Notes under the pieces: generated by a model | What the model was told of the DNA's origin: nothing | Database searches by the model: none | The model's input: only the letters and a program-made list of their open reading frames with translations | Position numbers and translations under genes: made by a program | In this document: positions 38,415-47,111 of the stretch, one piece after another | Layout: the number at the start of each line of letters is the position of its first letter | Numbering within the stretch: position 1 is the stretch's first letter | NCBI GenBank assembly: GCA_045639585.1 | Contig: JAZUDJ010000109.1 | Location: forward strand, 8,378 to 72,377 | DNA length: 64,000 bases | Reading direction: 5' to 3' | Origin: Bacteroidales bacterium | GTDB taxonomy: Bacteria; Bacteroidota; Bacteroidia; Bacteroidales; UBA3663

Positions 38415-40223
38415 TTACTTCTTAGTCTTCTGATCAATTAAAGCATTTTTCTCGGCTGTCCAACCTGGGCGCTGAGACATGCCATAGGCTTCACCCTGGA
38501 AGAGTTTTGCTGCTTCCTTGTCTCCTTTGAGCTGCCAGTTGAGCCATCCGATGGCAGGTATGGTAAACTCTCCACCATGTGGCTGTGCGTATGTGCCACC
38601 ATGACCTACAGGGAGGTTAACAGCCATTGCAGGGACGTGATTGATGCGATGGAAGTCATCCATGCCATTCTCGTAGGCAATGTCTTCCTTGCCGCCAAGG
38701 ATGTAGATGATTGGAACCTTAATGTCGTTGAGACGCTCCTTCTGTGGCATTGGCATGCCAGGAACAGCACCACCAGGATTAGTAAACAGTCCACTGTTGC
38801 AAATCATGAGTGTCTTGATACGAGGATCTGCTGAGTTGTCAAGTGTCTGCAGACCTCCACAAGACATACCTGCTACACAGATGTTCTTGACATCAATCTT
38901 GTGGTAGTAAGGAGAGTTCTTGTCTTCATTGCGAGCCATGACCCAGTCGATAGCTTCCAACTGCTGCTGAGAGGTAGAGCGTGGAAGACCCCAGAAATTC
39001 ATACCAGGTATAGGGAAGTAACCCGTAGCAACGACAAGATAACCCTGCGAAGCAATCTCATTGAGGAAAAGCAGATGCTCGAAAGGAGAGTTGGAGCAAG
39101 CGCCATTGCCCCATACGAGAACAGGAAGGAGGTTCTTCTTGCCAAATTTTGAAAGGTCCTGTGGAACAAAGAACGTATGAGCAGGAAGTGTCTCTTCTTC
39201 CTTCATGATAGCAGGGTAGAGGCCTGTGCCACCATTCTCAAGAATAGAAGACTTTGGCTCAAGACGAGCTGCATCGAACCAGTTAACCATCTTCTGAAGG
39301 TTTTCTTCGGTATACATATTGAATCCATGTCCACCATCTGGCTGCTCTACGAGGAAAGTCTTGACTCCACCCGCCTTGAGCTGATCATAGAAACGTACAC
39401 CTTGACACTCTGGCACTACATTGTCTGCTAAGCCATGGAAAATTCCAACAGGAACATCCTGTGAGTCTATATAATAAGTAGCGTTGAGCAGGTTGTAAGC
39501 ATCGGTGTTGCCTTCTTTTGGCATACCCATGATGGCTACTTCTGGAGAGTTAGGATCTTTCTTCACCCCGTCACAATCCATGTTGAGCAGATCTACAGGA
39601 CCCGACCACTCGACACAAGCATTGACATAGCTCTTTTCGTTGTTAAAGATACCGAGGTTACCCTCAATGTCGTATTCGACATCTCCAGACTTTACTTTAG
39701 TCTCGCCATTGGTCGTAGCCATGACGGATGCGAGGTGTGCTCCTGATGAGAAACCAGAGACACCGATAAAAGAAGGGTCAAGATGGAACTTGTCTGCTTT
39801 TGCGCGGAGGAAACGTACGACAGCCTTGATATCGTTGATCTGAGCTGGCCATTTAGCATCCATGCTGCTACGATGGTTAGGGCAGACAACTGCGTATCCT
39901 GCTTTTAACAAGGCGGCGCAGATGGTGTTGATATCAGCCATACCTTTTGAGCTGTTGCTGAACCATGCGCTACCGTAGATGTGTACGACTACTGGATAGC
40001 GTTCTGCTTCGGTCTTAGGAAGGTAGATATCAAGATTATGATATTCCTCACCATCGCCGACGTAATTAATGTCAGTGTACTTCTTGCTCCATTCTGCTTC
40101 GGTTTCACTGGCCTGATTACCTCCAAAGCCGAAGGCTCCCATCTGAGGAACGCCCTCTGGTACCTGTGCCATTGCACTCATGCATGCTATGCAGAAGAGT
40201 GCTGAAAGAAAGTTTTTTTTCAT
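38415..40223 (-). CDS. Secreted two-domain alpha/beta-hydrolase (tandem esterase modules)
   Basis: Signal peptide ALFCIACMSAMAQ. Module 1 has PVVVHIYGSAWF and GFSSGAHLA (GxSxG). Module 2 has LPVLVWGNGACSN and AGMSCGGLQ (GxSxG), with a late VGHGG. Confidence 0.75.
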   Translation of the reverse strand: MKKNFLSALFCIACMSAMAQVPEGVPQMGAFGFGGNQASETEAEWSKKYTDINYVGDGEEYHNLDIYLPKTEAERYPVVVHIYGSAWFSNSSKGMADINTICAALLKAGYAVVCPNHRSSMDAKWPAQINDIKAVVRFLRAKADKFHLDPSFIGVSGFSSGAHLASVMATTNGETKVKSGDVEYDIEGNLGIFNNEKSYVNACVEWSGPVDLLNMDCDGVKKDPNSPEVAIMGMPKEGNTDAYNLLNATYYIDSQDVPVGIFHGLADNVVPECQGVRFYDQLKAGGVKTFLVEQPDGGHGFNMYTEENLQKMVNWFDAARLEPKSSILENGGTGLYPAIMKEEETLPAHTFFVPQDLSKFGKKNLLPVLVWGNGACSNSPFEHLLFLNEIASQGYLVVATGYFPIPGMNFWGLPRSTSQQQLEAIDWVMARNEDKNSPYYHKIDVKNICVAGMSCGGLQTLDNSADPRIKTLMICNSGLFTNPGGAVPGMPMPQKERLNDIKVPIIYILGGKEDIAYENGMDDFHRINHVPAMAVNLPVGHGGTYAQPHGGEFTIPAIGWLNWQLKGDKEAAKLFQGEAYGMSQRPGWTAEKNALIDQKTKK

Positions 40224-40225
40224 TG

Positions 40226-41818
40226 TTATTGATAAATGTTAAGATAATGTGTTTCTGAATTGAAATTATTGACAAGGATTCCGAAATTCTTCTTATAAAC
40301 TTGCTTTGTTGCATCAAGTAATAATATAGAATCATCCTTTCTTAGTGGTCTTGCTGACCTGGTTGATGGCTTATCCTGATACTGATAACCAGCTTGTGTA
40401 AGTGCTACTTTGAGCATACTTTCTTCTGGATCACCTAACTGACAACCATCGATCGGATTATCTTCGACTTCTATGTCAGGAATATAACCATCAGGCATAC
40501 AACCTGTTATGCCATCTTTGTCTGCATATCGTGAAACTATCACGTACATTCCTATGTCATAGACAGCTTTTCTTCCTGCTTCATATATTCCCATTTTAGT
40601 CAGAGGATCTTTATATTCATCGTAAAATTCCTGTGCTCCAAGCAGGAATCCTCCACAATATTTACCGTATGACTTTTGACCAATCAGCATGACTGGCATA
40701 TATGGCTTTAGTCCACAGATCAAGGCTTCCGAGGCAGAAGCTGAATATCCAGTAATGATTACGTATAACTTCTCAATACCAATGTTGGCATTTGCAGTAT
40801 TCCAGATCTTATCCTCATCTTCAAGTTTGTACTTGAATTCTGTTTTGAATTTCTTTTCATTACTATGATTAAGTATTTTGTAATACTCAGTCAAGTCTTT
40901 GTTATAAACTTCAGTCTGAAAAACAGACTCCGCCTTAACTTCCGCTTCAGGTACTAGCATAGATGCTAATGCTTCTGAAGTAATGCCATAGCCACCTCCA
41001 TTGTAACGAAGGTCAAGAATCAGCTCTTTAATGCCGGCTTCCTTGAACTTTTTGCATTCCTCAATCAGTCGGTGTATTGAATCGAAAGTGAAACTATTGT
41101 ATACCATGTATCCGACCGTCTTGTCCTGACAGTCGAACATCTTGGTCAGCAGGACTGCGTCCTCTTGCAGGGTAACAGAGTTAATGGTGTATTGTTTTCC
41201 GTCAACCATCTCAACCGAGAGGGTAGAACCTTCCATAAGTTCGTCTGTAACAATGGCATAGTATTGGTCGTTCTCTAAAGGCATGAATTTATTATTTACC
41301 TTTAAGATGACGTCTCCACGTTTCCAACCTGCATTTTCTGCTGGACTACCTTTTATGATATATGTTACTACTGCACATACATTGTTTTTATCATACCTGT
41401 ATAGGACAAAGTCAAAGCCATAGGTTGTCTCGATACCGTCAAAACTATTGACAGATTCTTCAAAATTGTCGAGCATTACTGTCCATCGATCAATGTCCTG
41501 GCCATTTGAATCCTTGTAGCGTAATTCCTTGACAGCAGTAAATGGATCATCGAAGATTTTCCATTCTTCCATCTTTTCAGCGACCTGAGGTTCATCTATC
41601 CATAGATAATACTCACTAAGACTAGTAGCAGCAAATGTATTGATATAGTAGTTCCTCTGCTCTTCATTTGTCAATGGGATATCTTCCGTATCATTTCCAG
41701 GCAACACAACTATTTCTCTGTCGTTATCATCACTGCAGGAAGTGATTCCAAAAGAAATCAGGATGATCAAGAAAAGATAGAAGAGTCTGAACTGTGAACT
41801 GTGAACTTTATTCATCAT
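40226..41818 (-). CDS. S41-family peptidase lipoprotein with a PDZ domain
   Basis: Lipobox SFGITSC. PDZ-like GSPAENAGWKRGDVILKVNN. S41 motifs LILDLRYNGGGY and GYSASASE. Confidence 0.85.
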   Translation of the reverse strand: MMNKVHSSQFRLFYLFLIILISFGITSCSDDNDREIVVLPGNDTEDIPLTNEEQRNYYINTFAATSLSEYYLWIDEPQVAEKMEEWKIFDDPFTAVKELRYKDSNGQDIDRWTVMLDNFEESVNSFDGIETTYGFDFVLYRYDKNNVCAVVTYIIKGSPAENAGWKRGDVILKVNNKFMPLENDQYYAIVTDELMEGSTLSVEMVDGKQYTINSVTLQEDAVLLTKMFDCQDKTVGYMVYNSFTFDSIHRLIEECKKFKEAGIKELILDLRYNGGGYGITSEALASMLVPEAEVKAESVFQTEVYNKDLTEYYKILNHSNEKKFKTEFKYKLEDEDKIWNTANANIGIEKLYVIITGYSASASEALICGLKPYMPVMLIGQKSYGKYCGGFLLGAQEFYDEYKDPLTKMGIYEAGRKAVYDIGMYVIVSRYADKDGITGCMPDGYIPDIEVEDNPIDGCQLGDPEESMLKVALTQAGYQYQDKPSTRSARPLRKDDSILLLDATKQVYKKNFGILVNNFNSETHYLNIYQ

Positions 41819-41891
41819 ATCACATTATATAATTAAATGAAAAATGTCAAAGACCTTGCGGACTCTGACACTTGTGTATAGATTCTGTTTG

Positions 41892-41965
41892 TGTCGACAC
41901 TTGGATTCGAACCAAGGACCCCCACCATGTCAAGGTGATACTCTAACCAGCTGAGCTATGCCGAC
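41892..41965 (-). tRNA. tRNA-Val (anticodon GAC)
   Basis: Hand-folded cloverleaf: GTCGGCA TA GCTC AGCTGGTTA GAGT A TCACC TTGACAT GGTGG GGGTC CTTGG TTCGAAT CCAAG TGTCGAC A. 74 nt; CCA is not encoded. Confidence 0.9.
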
Positions 41966-41982
41966 ATCTGGTTTTTCGTGTG

Positions 41983-41990
41983 CAAAGATA
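41983..41990 (-). promoter_or_regulatory. -7 box TATCTTTG upstream of tRNA-Val
   Basis: The plus strand reads caaagata, 18 nt upstream of the tRNA 5' end. Confidence 0.5.
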
Positions 41991-42052
41991 GGGAAAAAAT
42001 TAGAAAACGCCAAATTATTATGATAATTTTTGGCGTTTTCTACTATTTTTTA

Positions 42053-43141
42053 TTAAAACTTAACTTGTTTGAACGCATACTTGATGTCTGCATCGGTGAT
42101 TGTGCTCAAATCCTCGTCGGAAGTAGACGATTTTTTAGAGAGACGATTGGCCATGTTTGTGACTGCAGTCTCAAAGAGATTACGTACGTATCGACCGTTG
42201 CCGAAGTTGCGTGTCTTTGTCTTGAAGACTTGATCAAGAACAGACTTAAGCTCTTCTGATGCTTCTGGAGAGAGCTTCAGAGAATATGGTTTCATGCGAG
42301 CCAGAAAGATGTTGTAGAGCTCGTCTGGGGAATAATCCGGGAAGTTGATATAACGGGTGAAGCGTGACTGGAGGCCTGGATTGGTGTCAATGAACTTCTT
42401 CATTTCATTGGTATAGCCAGCTACAATGACTACAAGATCCTTACGATCATCCTCCATACGTTTAAGGAGCGTAGCGATGGCCTCGTCACCATAACCGCCA
42501 TTGTCCATGAGTCCGTAAGCCTCATCAATAAAAAGGACGCCTCCAAGAGCGGAGTCGATCAAAGCGTTAGTCTTAGGACCAGTCTGACCAACGTATGCAC
42601 CAATCAATCCATTACGGTCTGTCTCAACGAGATGTCCTTTCGAGACAACGCCGAGATCTCGATAGATACGTGCAAGAATGCGAGCTATAGTCGTCTTACC
42701 AGTACCAGGATTGCCGCTGAAGACACAATGATATGAGATATTCGGTGATTTCAATCCTTTTGCCTCACGCTCCTGCATTAGCTTGATATAGTTGGCAAGG
42801 CTCTTGACTTCCGCTTTGACTGAGTCAAGACCGATCATCCCTTCAAGTTCCTCAAAAGGATCTGGGCCCAAAATGTAATTGATAGCAACAGGTTTCTCCT
42901 CGGTTACTTTGCTTTCCTCGCTCTGAGAGAATGATGAATTGTCCTTGTTCAGCTCCTCTATGGCCTGACGAGCTTCTTCATCAAGGTTAATATTCTCTAC
43001 TTCTGTTGCTTCTGGATCACTGGTCGTTTCATCATCTGTCGGTACGAAGATGGTCAGGAGTGCAGCGGCAATAAAGAAGCCAATGACGAGAGCTCCTTTC
43101 GTAGATATCAACGGTTTGTTATTGCCTTTGTCGTAGCTCAT
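42053..43141 (-). CDS. Membrane-anchored AAA+ ATPase (CbbX/SpoVK/EccA-like)
   Basis: One N-terminal TM (GALVIGFFIAAALLTIFV), then an acidic linker (DDETTSDPEATEVENINLDEE). Walker A GNPGTGKTT, Walker B GVLFIDEAY, and FTRYINFPDYS typical of the CbbX/SpoVK clade. Confidence 0.85.
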   Translation of the reverse strand: MSYDKGNNKPLISTKGALVIGFFIAAALLTIFVPTDDETTSDPEATEVENINLDEEARQAIEELNKDNSSFSQSEESKVTEEKPVAINYILGPDPFEELEGMIGLDSVKAEVKSLANYIKLMQEREAKGLKSPNISYHCVFSGNPGTGKTTIARILARIYRDLGVVSKGHLVETDRNGLIGAYVGQTGPKTNALIDSALGGVLFIDEAYGLMDNGGYGDEAIATLLKRMEDDRKDLVVIVAGYTNEMKKFIDTNPGLQSRFTRYINFPDYSPDELYNIFLARMKPYSLKLSPEASEELKSVLDQVFKTKTRNFGNGRYVRNLFETAVTNMANRLSKKSSTSDEDLSTITDADIKYAFKQVKF

Positions 43142-43147
43142 AATGTT

Positions 43148-43564
43148 TTATTTTTGTTGGTTAATGATCAGAATATAAAGGAGGTAAGGAAGACCATAAG
43201 CGAGTAAATCGCAGATGTCGAAAGTCCCAGGAAGCCATCCTATCCATTGCATCAGTTCTGAGAGTATACCGATGGCAGGGATGACCGAAGTCCAAAGATA
43301 ATCACGCTTGACAAGCGCGTCGATGGTCAGGATGTATGACATTGACCAGAGTCCGTCAGGAAGCGCAAAGCGTACCCACTCGGGTAAATATATGTCTGCT
43401 GCCTGACTGCGAATGCCGTCAAGTATAGGGTGCAGATGGCAGGCGTGGAGGACGCGATGGATGAGCAGATGCTCGTCGCGCCACAGGATATAGATACTTA
43501 CACCCATCATGAAACAGAGTGTCGCAAGGAAGATCTCCAGACGTTTAGATGCCGATGACGCCAT
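43148..43564 (-). CDS. Hypothetical small membrane protein (about 4 TM)
   Basis: 138 aa with four hydrophobic segments. It ends 6 nt upstream of the AAA+ gene and overlaps the upstream chromate-transporter gene by 20 nt. Confidence 0.55.
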   Translation of the reverse strand: MASSASKRLEIFLATLCFMMGVSIYILWRDEHLLIHRVLHACHLHPILDGIRSQAADIYLPEWVRFALPDGLWSMSYILTIDALVKRDYLWTSVIPAIGILSELMQWIGWLPGTFDICDLLAYGLPYLLYILIINQQK

Positions 43565-44219
43565 AGGCTATGAATCCAATCAGACCACAGCAAAGAGTGG
43601 TGTAGATAAGGTTCCACTTGAATTTGCGTGTACCGATGAATACTGTAACGAAGATCAGTATGCTAAGTCCAAATTGAAGCATGGCATGTACACTTGGTAC
43701 GCTCCACAATGCACTACCATCGCTGCCGAACAACGGAAGATCAATATTGTGCACAGGACCGAAGTTGTCTTCATTCATCAAACTTAGAGCAGCAGCTGCC
43801 AAAAGACCGATGATTGCAGGACGCAAGATGCTGAAGATGCTCTTGGTGACAATGGAATCCTTGTATTTCAGGATTAGCTTAGAGACGAGGATCATCACAA
43901 CAAATGGCAGCCATACAACGGAAAAGGTAGCTAAGATCGATCCTAAAATACCCAGTAAATGAGGAAGATACTCGATATTGAGAGACTGTACCCATGGATC
44001 GTTTATTACTGAAGTATAACCGACATAGGTCGCACAGTTGATGCCGATAGGACCTGGTGTCATCTGGCTGATGGCCACGATATCCGTAAACTCTGATTGG
44101 CTCAGCCAACCTGCCTTGACGACCACTTCCTGCTGTATGAACGACAGCATAGCATAGCCGCCACCAAAGTTGAAGAGGCCAATGTAGGAAAATATGTAGA
44201 AGAGTTTTAGAAAAATCAT
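43545..44219 (-). CDS. Chromate-transporter (CHR) family, short-chain subunit
   Basis: GLFNFGGGYAMLSFIQQEVV and ISQMTPGPIGIN are CHR-family motifs. Confidence 0.85.
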   Translation of the reverse strand: MIFLKLFYIFSYIGLFNFGGGYAMLSFIQQEVVVKAGWLSQSEFTDIVAISQMTPGPIGINCATYVGYTSVINDPWVQSLNIEYLPHLLGILGSILATFSVVWLPFVVMILVSKLILKYKDSIVTKSIFSILRPAIIGLLAAAALSLMNEDNFGPVHNIDLPLFGSDGSALWSVPSVHAMLQFGLSILIFVTVFIGTRKFKWNLIYTTLCCGLIGFIAYGVIGI

Positions 44220-44234
44220 AACTTTAAGTTCTTA

Positions 44235-44789
44235 TTATTTTTCATTTTTCCCCTTTTCCTTTTTCCTTAAATACATTCCCCAGAAATAACCAGCTAGTCC
44301 TGCTACCAATACGATGATGGCAGGTGATATGCCACAGAGCCAAATTAAAATGGTACTGAGGATAGGTATCCAGCAGTTGCTCCAACTGACCTTAGCTGAT
44401 TTTGCCATTGAGAAAACAGGAACAGCAAGAAGAGCAACCACGGCAGGACGAATTCCCTTGAAAACACACTCCACGATGTAGTTGTCTCGGAATCGTGAGA
44501 ACACGATGGCGATGCAGAGGATGATGAATAGGGAAGGAGTGACTACACCAAGTGCTGCACAAATACCTGTTCGGATGCCACCGAGCTTATAGCCGATGTG
44601 CGAAGCCATATCGACAGCAAAGATGCCTGGTGTGGCCTGTGAGACGGCCAGAATGTCGAGGAACTCCTCTTTTGTCAGCCAATGATTTTTATTGACCACC
44701 TCCTGTTCCATCATGGGAACCATGGCAGGTCCACCACCGAGGGTGAACCCACCAATTTTCAGGAAGGTGAGAAATAATTCTTTATTCAT
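44235..44789 (-). CDS. Chromate-transporter (CHR) family, short-chain subunit
   Basis: FLKIGGFTLGGGPAMVPMMEQEVV and VSQATPGIFAVD. It is paired with the adjacent second half, as in short-chain CHR pairs. Confidence 0.85.
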   Translation of the reverse strand: MNKELFLTFLKIGGFTLGGGPAMVPMMEQEVVNKNHWLTKEEFLDILAVSQATPGIFAVDMASHIGYKLGGIRTGICAALGVVTPSLFIILCIAIVFSRFRDNYIVECVFKGIRPAVVALLAVPVFSMAKSAKVSWSNCWIPILSTILIWLCGISPAIIVLVAGLAGYFWGMYLRKKEKGKNEK

Positions 44790-46880
44790 TTAGCAAACCT
44801 TGCTGCCATTCTTTACCTTATCTTCATTGCATACTACATGCAGGCTTCCGTCGAAGTTGACTGCAGAGAGAATCATGCCACAAGATGGGATGTTGCGCAT
44901 TACCTTTGGAGCGAAGTTAGCTACAAAGAGTACCTGCTTGCCTACAAGTACCTGTGGATCTGGATAATGCTGTGCGATGCCAGAGAGGATGGTACGAGGC
45001 TGGTCGGTACCATCATCGAGGGTGAACTGCAGGAGCTTGTCGCTCTTCTTGACAGGCTTCACCTCAAGGACGGTAGCGGTGCGGATGTCGAGCTTGGCAA
45101 AGTCCTCAAATGGAACGGTCTCTGCGATTGGCTCAGGACGCCAGTTCTTCTCTGCTTCTGCGAGAGCGATCTTATCGTTCTCTTCCTTGATGTGAGCCAG
45201 ACGGTCGAGCTGTGGCTGGATGTCAGCATCCTCAAGCTTCTCGAAGAGGAGCACTGACTCGCCGAGCTGATGGCCTTCCTCGAGGAGGTCGATACGACCG
45301 AGCTTCTCCCACTCGCACTCACCCATGCCGAGCATGCCACGGAGCTTCTCAGCTGAGAATGGCAGGAATGGCTCGAAGGCAATAGCGAGGTTAGCAGCAA
45401 TCTGCAAGCAGAGGTTGAGGATGGTCTGTACACGTGCAGGATCGGTCTTGAATACTTTCCAAGGCTCGGTGTCAGCCAGGTACTTATTACCGATGCGAGC
45501 GAGCTCCATAGCCTCTTTCTGAGCGTCACGGAACTTGAAGGTCTCCAGGAGTTCCTCTACGTTCTTCTTGACGTTCTCAAACTCAGCCAGGGTTTCCTTA
45601 TCATAATCGTTGAGCTCGCCACAAGCAGGAACCTTACCGTCGAAATACTTCTCGGTGAGCTTCATCGCACGGTTGATGAAGTTGCCGAAGATAGCTACGA
45701 GCTCGTTGTTATTGCGAGCCTGGTAGTCCTTCCAGGTGAAGTCATTGTCCTTGGTCTCAGGAGCATTAGCGGTCAATACATAGCGTAATACATCCTGCTT
45801 GCCAGGCATGTCTACAAGGTACTCATTGAGCCAGATAGCCCAGTTGCGAGAGGTAGAGATCTTGTCACCTTCGAGGTTGAGGAACTCATTAGATGGTACG
45901 TTGTCTGGGAGAATGTAATCACCGTGAGCCTTGAGCATAGCAGGGAATACGATGCAGTGGAACACGATGTTGTCCTTGCCGATGAAGTGGATCATGCGGC
46001 TGCTCTGATCCTGCCACCACTGCTGCCAGGTACCCCACTTCTCAGGCTGAGCGTCGCAGAGTTCTTTGGTGTTAGAGATGTAACCGATAGGAGCATCAAA
46101 CCATACATAGAGCACCTTACCCTCAGCACCTTCTACTGGCACAGGGATACCCCAGTCGAGGTCACGGGTTACGGCACGAGGCTTGAGGCCACCATCGAGC
46201 CAAGACTTGCACTGGCCATAGACGTTAGGCCGCCACTCAGGATGATCCTGAAGGATCCACTTCTCAAGCCATTCCTGATGCTGGTCGAGTGGGAGGTACC
46301 AATGAGAGGTAGCCTTCTTGACCAGAGGATTGCCATTGACAGCATTGTATGGATTGATCAGCTCTTCTGGAGAGAGGGTAGCACCACACTTCTCACACTG
46401 GTCGCCGTATGCACCGAGAGCGTGACAGCGAGGACACTCACCACGGATGTTACGGTCGGTGAGGAACTCCTTGGTCTCTTCGTCATAGAACTGCTCAGTG
46501 GTCTGCTCGATGAACTTACCCTCATCGTAGAGCTTGCGGAAGAAGTCCGAAGCAAACTTGTGGTGGATGTCACTGGTGGTACGAGAGTAGATGTCGAACG
46601 AGATACCGAACTTCTCAAATGAATCCTTGATCAAGTAGTGATAACGATCGACCACATCCTGCACGGTGATACCCTCCTTACGAGCGCGGATGGTAACAGG
46701 AACACCATGCTCGTCCGAACCGCCGACGAAGAGTACAGGACGCTTCTTGAGACGGAGGTAACGAACATAGATGTCGGCTGGCACATAGACACCAGCGAGG
46801 TGGCCAATATGAACTGGACCGTTGGCATAAGGGAGCGCAGCGGTCACGAGCGTACGCTTGAAATCTTTCTGTTCTGCCAT
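44790..46880 (-). CDS. metG: Methionine--tRNA ligase with a C-terminal tRNA-binding domain
   Basis: [14 protein letters not shown] (HIGH motif), zinc knuckles [24 protein letters not shown] (KMSKS variant) and a C-terminal EMAP/Trbp111-like domain. Confidence 0.95.
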   Translation of the reverse strand: MAEQKDFKRTLVTAALPYANGPVHIGHLAGVYVPADIYVRYLRLKKRPVLFVGGSDEHGVPVTIRARKEGITVQDVVDRYHYLIKDSFEKFGISFDIYSRTTSDIHHKFASDFFRKLYDEGKFIEQTTEQFYDEETKEFLTDRNIRGECPRCHALGAYGDQCEKCGATLSPEELINPYNAVNGNPLVKKATSHWYLPLDQHQEWLEKWILQDHPEWRPNVYGQCKSWLDGGLKPRAVTRDLDWGIPVPVEGAEGKVLYVWFDAPIGYISNTKELCDAQPEKWGTWQQWWQDQSSRMIHFIGKDNIVFHCIVFPAMLKAHGDYILPDNVPSNEFLNLEGDKISTSRNWAIWLNEYLVDMPGKQDVLRYVLTANAPETKDNDFTWKDYQARNNNELVAIFGNFINRAMKLTEKYFDGKVPACGELNDYDKETLAEFENVKKNVEELLETFKFRDAQKEAMELARIGNKYLADTEPWKVFKTDPARVQTILNLCLQIAANLAIAFEPFLPFSAEKLRGMLGMGECEWEKLGRIDLLEEGHQLGESVLLFEKLEDADIQPQLDRLAHIKEENDKIALAEAEKNWRPEPIAETVPFEDFAKLDIRTATVLEVKPVKKSDKLLQFTLDDGTDQPRTILSGIAQHYPDPQVLVGKQVLFVANFAPKVMRNIPSCGMILSAVNFDGSLHVVCNEDKVKNGSKVC

Positions 46881-46944
46881 AGATATATTTTTATGGGTTT
46901 GACAATAGCCGCCTAATGAGGGCGGTTTAATACATTAAACGGGC

Positions 46945-46952
46945 GCAAATAT
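46945..46952 (-). promoter_or_regulatory. -7 box TATATTTG upstream of metG
   Basis: The plus strand reads caaatata, 65 nt upstream of the ATG at 46880. Confidence 0.45.
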
Positions 46953-47016
46953 AGTTATTTTTCTAATTATGTCCAAAAAATTGGCAGTTATTCTTGTTTT
47001 ATATAATAAAATAATG

Positions 47017-47024
47017 TATCTTTG
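47017..47024 (+). promoter_or_regulatory. -7 box TATCTTTG upstream of the GGDEF/HD-GYP gene
   Basis: tatctttg lies 88 nt upstream of the ATG at 47112. Confidence 0.45.
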
Positions 47025-47031
47025 CCGCGTG

Positions 47032-47054
47032 TTTGCGAATTGATGCTTCGCAAA
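47032..47054 (+). promoter_or_regulatory. Perfect 8-bp stem-loop in the predicted 5' leader
   Basis: tttgcgaa (47032-47039), loop ttgatgc, then ttcgcaaa (47047-47054). It sits immediately downstream of the -7 box. Confidence 0.4.
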
Positions 47055-47111
47055 TTACAGCTGTAACTGACAAACACATACTACACCTTTGGTGACTTAT
47101 CTATATTTATC

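Noticed and set aside
41978-42259. A 93-aa plus-strand ORF next to tRNA-Val.
   Set aside because: It starts on top of the tRNA-Val promoter box, runs antisense into the AAA+ ATPase gene and has no recognisable features.
43545-44789. Chromate-transporter homologue split into two ORFs, possibly a frameshifted pseudogene.
   Set aside because: Both halves begin with their own complete CHR N-terminal motif (GGFTLGGGPAMVPMMEQEVV and GLFNFGGGYAMLSFIQQEVV). They are therefore two paralogous short-chain CHR subunits, a known arrangement, and not fragments of one gene.
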